Shown here: positions 57,111 to 64,000 of the stretch, piece by piece
Layout of the letters: each line of letters opens with the position of its first letter
Position numbering within the stretch: the first letter of the stretch is position 1
Assembly (NCBI GenBank): GCA_963771885.1
Contig: CAVYVF010000002.1
Coordinates: 256,001-320,000 of the forward strand
DNA: 64,000 bases
Reading direction: 5' to 3'
Origin: Candidatus Bathyarchaeota archaeon
GTDB taxonomy: Archaea; Thermoproteota; Bathyarchaeia; TCS64
Notes under the pieces: model-generated
The model's database searches: none
What the model was told of the DNA's origin: nothing
Seen by the model: only the letters and a program-made list of their open reading frames with translations
Program-made: the position numbers and the translations under genes

Positions 57111-57278
57111 CTATTGGTGCCTGTCGTCGGTCTTCTCCCAGTTGGCACGTACGCCATCTGGGTGAGCACTCGTCTTGTGCTCGTCGAGACCTAACCTAGT
57201 CGCAAACGACTCATGACACGTCGCGCAGTTGTACTTTTTCTGCCCGACACCGATGGTTTCTCGTATTTTTGAAAACAT
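57111..57278 (-). CDS. 55-aa single C2H2 zinc-finger microprotein (not in ORF track)
   Basis: Manual translation MFSKIRETIGVGQKKYNCATCHESFATRLGLDEHKTSAHPDGVRANWEKTDDRHQ: Y-x-C-x2-C-x3-F-x5-L-x2-H-x4-H. Confidence 0.8.
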   Translation of the reverse strand: MFSKIRETIGVGQKKYNCATCHESFATRLGLDEHKTSAHPDGVRANWEKTDDRHQ

Positions 57279-57569
57279 CAATTAATAATAAACGCTTACT
57301 GCTTAATAATATTCCGAAAAAAAATGCCAAATTTTAACAATAATATGTAAAATTGGAAATAGAGACGATGCATGTTTTAATAATAATAATGCAAATATTG
57401 ATCATTTTTAACAAAATCAAATAAATTCCAAGTTCTAACAGTTATCGTTTTTATAAATTGAAGAAAAGGTCACGTACTCAGGCTACAGCGACGCGCGCGA
57501 CTGCATTGGCCGCTACTTCGGCCTCACTTGTCACTCGCAGTAATTGGGTAGGATATGTCGCTTTGACAA

Positions 57570-58346
57570 CTAGTCAAGCTTTAAGGCTTCGACGAGCGAC
57601 GGCAGGACCCCACCGGAAGGTGCCCTGATAACGACGTCACTGATTCTACTCAACTCGCTCTCAAATGGATTAATTTCTATTATACGCCCACCGTTCTCCT
57701 TGACTGTCAACGGTAGTGCTGCAGCTGGGTAGACGACCGCGGTCGTCCCTGCGACGATCATGCAGTCGCTCATTTCTGCCTCGTCTTGGCAAGCTGCTAG
57801 GACGTCTCTGGGAATAGGCTCACCGAACATTACGATGTCATCCTTCACGATTCCACTGCATGTAGGGCAGCGAGGTGGAAGCGTCGAGACATCGATTTCG
57901 TCCCTCGCGAATCTCGCGTTGCATTTAATGCACCTAAGCTTGAGCCGATTGCCGTGTATCTCAAACACCCTCCTGCTCCCCGCCTCGGTATGCAGGTTAT
58001 CGATGTTCTGAGTGACCAGCGATCTAAGGATGCCCAACGCCTCAAGCTCGGCGAATGCATAATGACCCGCATTTGGCTTCGCCATCAGCATAGCCTCGCC
58101 GAATGTGCTTCTCCTCGCCGGGCTCAGCATCTCCTCCCAGTACCTCTTCGGATCAGCTTCGAACCTTCTGTAGCCGTCCATTGGTGGCTCGCCTTTCTCC
58201 GTCCAAAGGCCGCCAGGTCCTCTAAATGGTCGTATGCCACTCTCTACCGATACTCCTGCCCCGGTGAGCGCAGTGACATATCGCGAGCCCTTGATAATTT
58301 GCGCCGCCTTCTTAACCGCTGACAGATTAGATTCGTCGAGTGGCAC
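57570..58346 (-). CDS. cobB: Sir2-family NAD-dependent deacylase
   Basis: GAGVSVESGI..FRG, TQNIDNLH, IHG, CIKC..CPTC, GTTAVVYPAA. Confidence 0.93.
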   Translation of the reverse strand: MPLDESNLSAVKKAAQIIKGSRYVTALTGAGVSVESGIRPFRGPGGLWTEKGEPPMDGYRRFEADPKRYWEEMLSPARRSTFGEAMLMAKPNAGHYAFAELEALGILRSLVTQNIDNLHTEAGSRRVFEIHGNRLKLRCIKCNARFARDEIDVSTLPPRCPTCSGIVKDDIVMFGEPIPRDVLAACQDEAEMSDCMIVAGTTAVVYPAAALPLTVKENGGRIIEINPFESELSRISDVVIRAPSGGVLPSLVEALKLD

Positions 58347-58384
58347 ATGAAAAGACTGGGCTGTATCGAAGAAAAGGGTTGGCC

Positions 58385-59296
58385 TTACTTGGCCCGTGCC
58401 TTCAACGCCTTTGTGAGGGCAGGCAACACAGTGTAGATGTCGCCCACTATGCTGTAGTCGCTCAGCTCAAGTATGCCTGCAGCCTCGTCGCTGTTTATAC
58501 TGACGATGAGTTGGCTATCCCTTATCCCCGCAGCGTGCTGTATCGTGCCTGAGATGCCGCAGGCGATGTAGAGTCGTGGCGCGACCTTCTTGCCGCTTAT
58601 TCCGACCCACTGGTCCATCCAGCCGAGGTCAGCTGAGACTGGGCGGCTGCAACCTATCTTCGCCCTGAGTTCCGTGGCGAGCTCCTCGAGGAGTCCTAGA
58701 TCCTCCCGCTTCTTGAAGCCCCTACCAGCTGAGACGACGATCTTTGCGTTCTCCAACCCGGTGTCACCCGTCTTCTTAGGACGGGATTCAAGCACCCTCA
58801 GCTTCGATACCGGTGTAGTGATGTTTAATTCTATTATCTCGCCGCGCTTACCCTGAGTCTCGAGCTTCTGGAATGTGCGCGGAGGCACGCTCATCACAAC
58901 AGGCTTGCCGGTGATCTTTACTGATGCAACCGTCGAGCCGCCGTAAGTGAGGCGCTTTGCTACGAAACCCCCCTCAACTGGCTCCGCTTCGAGGCAGTCA
59001 CCTGAGTATCCGGCATTAAGTGCAGCTGCGACGCGTGGAGCAATTTCTCTCCCCCTCTTCGTCGAGCCGACCATAATGAGCTCGGGAGACTCATGTGCAG
59101 CAGCATCGATCAAACCAGCTCTCAAGGTATCGAAGGCCCTGTCCTTCACGAAGTAGACCTTTACTGCACCACCACTAGCGAGAGCCTCAGCCTGTGCAGC
59201 GTCAACAGCAAGCGCAACCGAGTCTCCGAATTGCGTCACCCTGCCGAGCAACTGAAGCGCGAGCTCAGTGTTCTCGGAAAATACTAGAGTTCTCAT
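58385..59296 (-). CDS. etfA: Electron transfer flavoprotein alpha
   Basis: SAGRG, CSRP, VGISG, GISGTIQH. Confidence 0.93.
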   Translation of the reverse strand: MRTLVFSENTELALQLLGRVTQFGDSVALAVDAAQAEALASGGAVKVYFVKDRAFDTLRAGLIDAAAHESPELIMVGSTKRGREIAPRVAAALNAGYSGDCLEAEPVEGGFVAKRLTYGGSTVASVKITGKPVVMSVPPRTFQKLETQGKRGEIIELNITTPVSKLRVLESRPKKTGDTGLENAKIVVSAGRGFKKREDLGLLEELATELRAKIGCSRPVSADLGWMDQWVGISGKKVAPRLYIACGISGTIQHAAGIRDSQLIVSINSDEAAGILELSDYSIVGDIYTVLPALTKALKARAK

Positions 59297-60081
59297 TCCA
59301 GCGCCCCCTCGGCGACGAGTGCCTGCACGAGCTTCTCGACTGCCTCCTCGACCTTCTCCGCCTTGATCATGACTCGCTTCCTCTTCACCTCAGGCGCCTT
59401 CACGTCTGTGATCGTTACCCTCATCGACGCCCTGAGTTCCTCTGCCTTAAGCCCGAGTTCATCAAGGTTCCACTCCGTGAGAGGCTTCTTCTTCGCCTTC
59501 ATGATGTTCATTAGGCTTGGTATGCGGGGCTCGTTGATCTCCCTGACTACGGTGGCGAGGAAAGGCGGATCCGCCTCGACGAGCTCGTCTATATCCTCGA
59601 GATCCCTGACCGCCCTGTATTTACCTGCTTCGAGCTTCAACTCTTTTGCATAGGTTACCTGAGCTACGCCGAGCAGCTCTGCGACGCGGGGCCCCACCTG
59701 CGACCCCATACCGTCTAGGGAGAGTTCCCCTGAGACAACGACGTCGTATGCGCCGGCCTTGGTTATGGCTGAGGCGAGGACGCGACTAGTGGCGCAGGCG
59801 TCAAGTCCTTTCAGTTCAGGGGCATTGACGAGGTATGCGGCATCCGCCCCCATAGCGAGTGCCTCGAGGATGCAGGACTTCGTCCTCTCATCTCCAGCCG
59901 AGATGGTGACGACTTCGGCGCCGCCCGTCTCCTTAATCCTTATCGCCGCCTCCAGTGCCCTCTTATCGAGGTCGTTCAACCTTCGCTTAGCCCCATCAAC
60001 CATTGGACTCCGCGTCGAATCGTCAATCTTCACATCGTTGAGATCCGGTATGTCCTTGACTAGCACCACTATACGCGCCAC
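59293..60081 (-). CDS. etfB: Electron transfer flavoprotein beta
   Basis: VLVK.IPD, ALEAA, ALAMGAD, SQVG, NEPR; GTG start 60081. Confidence 0.92.
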   Translation of the reverse strand: MARIVVLVKDIPDLNDVKIDDSTRSPMVDGAKRRLNDLDKRALEAAIRIKETGGAEVVTISAGDERTKSCILEALAMGADAAYLVNAPELKGLDACATSRVLASAITKAGAYDVVVSGELSLDGMGSQVGPRVAELLGVAQVTYAKELKLEAGKYRAVRDLEDIDELVEADPPFLATVVREINEPRIPSLMNIMKAKKKPLTEWNLDELGLKAEELRASMRVTITDVKAPEVKRKRVMIKAEKVEEAVEKLVQALVAEGALE

Positions 60082-60211
60082 GGTAATCAGCCAAGTCATC
60101 CGATGCATCATGCATTTATCCTTATCAGTCAAACGTCGAAGTCGTCTTCGACGAGCGACGAATCAGTTAGCCAAGTGTTTAAGAGAATCCTGAACGATAA
60201 AGTCACTCGAA

Positions 60212-61294
60212 ATGGCACGAAAAGCGATACCCCTTATTCTACTCCTGGTGACGACCCTCCTGACAATACCGCCCACCGTCTTTTCACAGACCCCCGAGGA
60301 GATCATAGGGCTATCCATAAAGACGACTCCTGAACCCTATCTAAACCAACTAACCTCAGGTGACAGGTACCGCTTCGAAGTTGAGATAACAAACCTCGGG
60401 GTAAACGTCACCCCTGGTCAAATCATCAACGCATCCGAGCCCTGGGAGAAGTACTCCGGCAACTTCACCGTCGAATCAGTATTCGAGCTCCGAAAGTACG
60501 GAGGCTACAGCTATGGAGGCCAATCCGTGAGCTACATAACCTCACTAAACAACACGCAGATCGACAACTACTACTCAATCGAGATCCCACCCATGGGGGA
60601 GCAGATGACATACGTCTTCACATACAACCTTACTAAGGGCTACGAGGTATTCGGGGTACGCCCGGACGAGAACATGGTCCTATACTTCAGGGTAAACATC
60701 TTCATCCAGAGCTACTCGGACAAGGATGGAGGGTACCAACTGCACGTCGGTGAGCGTGTAAAGACCCAGAGAAACGACTACAACGTGATCGACTTCGTGA
60801 AACAGGAATATCTTAAGGGCAAGCTAAAGGACATAGCCATCGACGTGGGCTGGCTGGAGCGGATCAATAGTCCCCAGGTGCAGATTGGCAAAGACTACTA
60901 CCGGAACCTCCTCACCTCCCTAAATTCCTCCATCACCACTGGTAACTACGTCTTGGCCCTCGAGCAGGTGCAGAGGTACTACCAGGTCGACCAGCCGAAC
61001 CTAATGGACCTGCTCTTCTATAATCTGAACGTGACTTCGACGACGGCGAATCAGTATGCAACACTCAGAGGGGAGTACGATACACTTAGCGGGCAATACG
61101 CCGTCCTCCAGACGGACTTTGAAAGCCTCCTCACCGCGAATCAGCTCCAAGCGGGGGAGATCGCCAACCTTGAGGCTCAGGCAAAACGGGACAGGGACAA
61201 CACAACGATACTCATCGGGATAACCGTCGTCATCATGCTCACCGTGGGCTTCCTACTAGGCTACAGGCCAGATCTCATCCGGAAAACGCTTTAA
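60212..61294 (+). CDS. Secreted, C-terminally anchored surface protein with coiled coil
   Basis: Signal peptide, several N-x-S/T sequons, heptad region, C-terminal TM plus basic tail. Confidence 0.75.
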   Translation: MARKAIPLILLLVTTLLTIPPTVFSQTPEEIIGLSIKTTPEPYLNQLTSGDRYRFEVEITNLGVNVTPGQIINASEPWEKYSGNFTVESVFELRKYGGYSYGGQSVSYITSLNNTQIDNYYSIEIPPMGEQMTYVFTYNLTKGYEVFGVRPDENMVLYFRVNIFIQSYSDKDGGYQLHVGERVKTQRNDYNVIDFVKQEYLKGKLKDIAIDVGWLERINSPQVQIGKDYYRNLLTSLNSSITTGNYVLALEQVQRYYQVDQPNLMDLLFYNLNVTSTTANQYATLRGEYDTLSGQYAVLQTDFESLLTANQLQAGEIANLEAQAKRDRDNTTILIGITVVIMLTVGFLLGYRPDLIRKTL

Positions 61295-61325
61295 TGCGGA
61301 TGAGGGGTAGTCTCTTGATTTACCC

Positions 61326-63149
61326 TTGAAGCCTGAAGGAGTCGGGAGGATCGCGGTTCTTGGTGCTGGCGTCATGGGGCACGGCATAGCCCAGATAGCG
61401 GCCCAGGCGGGCATCAACGTCATAATTAGGGACATCGAACAGAGCTTCCTCGACGGTGCGAAGACGGGTATCGAAAGGAACCTTGCACGCCTCGTGGAGC
61501 GTGGGCGCCTCAAGCAAGATGACGTACCCCCAATCTTGGCGCGGATAACTATGACTCTCAGCCTACCCGACGCCGTCAGCGGCGCCGACCTCGTCGTCGA
61601 GGCTGTGCCGGAGAGAATGGAGATCAAGCACGCTGTTTGGAGCGAGGTTTCAAAGCACGCAAAGGCCGACGCCATACTAGCTACCAATACGAGTAGCCTC
61701 AGCATTACCAAGATGGCGGTCGCCGTCTCCGACCCCAGCAGGTTCGTGGGTATGCACTTCTTCAATCCGCCCACGATAATGAAGTTGGTCGAGATAATTC
61801 CCGGGGAGAAGACTGGGCCTGAGACCATCGCTACGGTGAAGACGTTGGCTGAGAGGCTCGGGAAGACCCCCGTCGTAGTGAGACGCGATGCCCCCGGCTT
61901 CATAGTCAACCGGGTACTCATTACCTACCTGAACGACGCCGCGAAACTACTCTCACAGGGCTACACGATCGAGCAGATTGATGCCGCCATGCAGCATCGG
62001 GGCGGGATGCCAATGGGACCCTTCATGCTCGCCGACCTCATCGGCCTAGACATCACCTACAACATACTCCGCGTCTTCGAGGATAACATCGGCCCCGCCT
62101 ACAAGGCTGCAGAGCCCATCCAGAGACTCTTCACGGCACGCAAGCTGGGGAAAAAGACCGGCGAGGGATTCTATATCTACGGCAAGCCCGAGGTAAAGGA
62201 GGAGCAGGGGAAAGGCTTCGACCCCACGCTGCTCCTCAAACTCATGATCGCCGAGGCGGAGAGGCTTGTCGCCGAGAATATAGCCGACCCCAAGTCGGTC
62301 GACGTCGCAATGAAGCTGGGGGCGAACCTCCCTATAGGCCCCTTCGAGCTGAAGGCGAAGATGGAGTCGGGTGTGCTCGAGGAAAAGCCCATTCTAGATG
62401 AAACAAAGAACGGCGTGCTGAGGATCACCGTCAACAGGCCTTCTAAGCTCAACTCGATTACCACTGAGATGCTAACCCGTATAGCGGATGCCGTCGAGAA
62501 GGCAAGCTCCGATAAGTCTATTCGATGCATCGTCATCACCGGCGCAGGTGACAGGGCGTTCTCTGCCGGCGCTGACATCGACGAGTTCAGCAAGCTCACA
62601 CCCACGCAGGCACTCGACTATACGAGGGCTGGGAAGAGAGCGATGATGAGGATCAAGGCGTCGGACAAACCCATCGTCGCCGCCATAAACGGGTTCGCGC
62701 TTGGCGGCGGATGCGAACTCGCCTCGTGGTGCGATTTCCGCGTCGCCAGCGACAAGGCGAAGCTGGGGCAGCCCGAAGCCAACCTCGGTGTCATCCCCGG
62801 CTGGGGCGGTACGAAGATACTTGGCAAACTCGTCGGTAAGCAGAGGGCGAAGCTCCTCATCCTCACAGGCGAGACCATAACCGCTGAAGAGGCACGCCAA
62901 ATCGGGCTCGTAGACAAAGTCTACCCTGCAGCTGAATTCATGGCGAAGGTAGACGAGTTCGTCGCCAGGCTCGCGGCGTCCTCGCCAACGGTAAATGCCG
63001 CTGTCAAGGTCCTCACGAACCCCAATACTAAAGACGACGACCTAGAGGCGGAGTCGCAGGAATTCTCGAAACTGTTCTCGACCAAGGATTTCCGCGAAGG
63101 CGTCTTGGCGTTCAAGGAGAAACGTAAGCCTTCCTTCACGGGCGAGTAG
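61326..63149 (+). CDS. 3-hydroxyacyl-CoA dehydrogenase / enoyl-CoA hydratase fusion
   Basis: GAGVMG, TNTSS, HFFNP, MGPF; AFSAGAD, GGGCE, QPEANLG. Confidence 0.93.
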   Translation: MKPEGVGRIAVLGAGVMGHGIAQIAAQAGINVIIRDIEQSFLDGAKTGIERNLARLVERGRLKQDDVPPILARITMTLSLPDAVSGADLVVEAVPERMEIKHAVWSEVSKHAKADAILATNTSSLSITKMAVAVSDPSRFVGMHFFNPPTIMKLVEIIPGEKTGPETIATVKTLAERLGKTPVVVRRDAPGFIVNRVLITYLNDAAKLLSQGYTIEQIDAAMQHRGGMPMGPFMLADLIGLDITYNILRVFEDNIGPAYKAAEPIQRLFTARKLGKKTGEGFYIYGKPEVKEEQGKGFDPTLLLKLMIAEAERLVAENIADPKSVDVAMKLGANLPIGPFELKAKMESGVLEEKPILDETKNGVLRITVNRPSKLNSITTEMLTRIADAVEKASSDKSIRCIVITGAGDRAFSAGADIDEFSKLTPTQALDYTRAGKRAMMRIKASDKPIVAAINGFALGGGCELASWCDFRVASDKAKLGQPEANLGVIPGWGGTKILGKLVGKQRAKLLILTGETITAEEARQIGLVDKVYPAAEFMAKVDEFVARLAASSPTVNAAVKVLTNPNTKDDDLEAESQEFSKLFSTKDFREGVLAFKEKRKPSFTGE

Positions 63150-63150
63150 G

Positions 63151-63513
63151 TTACTCCGCCCTGAAGGCAAGGATGGTTTTCTCGCCGTCTTTAATCGTCG
63201 TGAACCTAACCCTCGCGCCTATCAGTATTTCTTCCGCGAGCAATCCCGAGATCGATGGGCCTTCGGCTAACCTAACGATGCCGACGGAGTATGGACCGCG
63301 AGCCTTGAAGCTTGATGAGGGTGCCCTGTTAAGCGTCACTGCCTCAAGGACTCCCCCGCCCTCGAACTCATGCCACTCAAGCTGCTGGGAGCCGCACTTC
63401 GAACATATCTGGCGCGGCGGTATGTGATACTCGCCACAATTCTTGCACCTGTTTCCCATCATCTTGCCCTCTGCGACGTACCCGTTGAACGCCTTTGTCG
63501 TGAACTCGCTCGT
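63151..63513 (-). CDS. DUF35 Zn-ribbon/OB-fold thiolase partner
   Basis: CKNCG..PPR..CSKCG, PYSVGIV; frame open upstream of ATG 63462 to a possible ACG start at 63513. Confidence 0.85.
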   Translation of the reverse strand, partial: TSEFTTKAFNGYVAEGKMMGNRCKNCGEYHIPPRQICSKCGSQQLEWHEFEGGGVLEAVTLNRAPSSSFKARGPYSVGIVRLAEGPSISGLLAEEILIGARVRFTTIKDGEKTILAFRAE

Positions 63514-64000
63514 TAGGATCCCCTCCTGAACACCTGCACCGTGACGGTTGCGCCCGCTGCACCTACGTTATGTGCGAGACCCGTCTCAGCGCCTTGCACC
63601 TGGTGTGCGCCTGCCTGCCCTCGTAGTTGCTTGAACATCTCGTACGCCATGGCGACGCCTGTGGCTCCTACGGGGTGGCCCTTCGCCTTGAGGCCACCGT
63701 CGGGGTTTATCGGAAGCTCACCCTTCAAGGCGGTCCTACCCTCTTCCGCTGCTTTGCCACCCTGTCCCTTTGGAAAGAAACCAAGGTCCTCGGTGGCGAC
63801 TACCTCGGCGATGGTGAAGCAGTCATGGACGTCTGCCACTTGTATATCCTTAGGTGTTACTCCCGCCATCTTGTATGCGTCCTCGGATGCCTTTACAGCT
63901 GCGCGGAGGGTGGTGAAGTCGGGACGGCTGTGCAGGGCAATGGTATCGCTCGCTTGCCCCATGCCCGCCATCCTCACAGGTGTATCCGTATACTTCCACG
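63513..64000 (-). CDS. Thiolase (archaeal/SCP-x type), 5' end outside window
   Basis: [27 protein letters not shown]. Confidence 0.92.
   Translation of the reverse strand, partial: WKYTDTPVRMAGMGQASDTIALHSRPDFTTLRAAVKASEDAYKMAGVTPKDIQVADVHDCFTIAEVVATEDLGFFPKGQGGKAAEEGRTALKGELPINPDGGLKAKGHPVGATGVAMAYEMFKQLRGQAGAHQVQGAETGLAHNVGAAGATVTVQVFRRGS

Noticed and set aside
1..64000. CRISPR array, rRNA, intact tRNA, transposase, integrase or provirus
   Set aside because: No spaced repeats, full cloverleaf or mobile-element motifs seen by eye; a covariance scan could still find small or intron-containing RNAs

Overview
Archaeal chromosomal segment of moderately high GC (estimated by eye), with sui1/aIF1, cdc6/orc1, psmA, tiaS, an ATP-dependent DNA ligase, an Hjc-like resolvase and thiolase+DUF35. 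Gene content resembles Bathyarchaeia, but this is inference. I saw no rRNA, intact tRNA, CRISPR array, transposase or integrase. Content is mostly heterotrophic metabolism, redox and repair: an E3-less 2-oxoacid dehydrogenase operon abutting a rubredoxin-FTR/thioredoxin pair, a BKACE + carnitine-dehydrogenase-like cluster with an atypical M20 enzyme, three tandem M20 paralogs, ETF/beta-oxidation genes, PolX, a YhaM-like nuclease and a LonC-type protease. Manual reading adds three zinc-finger microproteins below the ORF-track cutoff (one a classical C2H2 finger behind a very AT-rich region), a GH4 remnant, a single ORB-like box at the cdc6 promoter, helically phased A-tracts upstream of wHTH-hjc, and a double hairpin upstream of ybaK. 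Six genes carry seven frameshifts, each repaired by removing one base, most likely sequencing error. All product calls come from motif recognition, not database searches.
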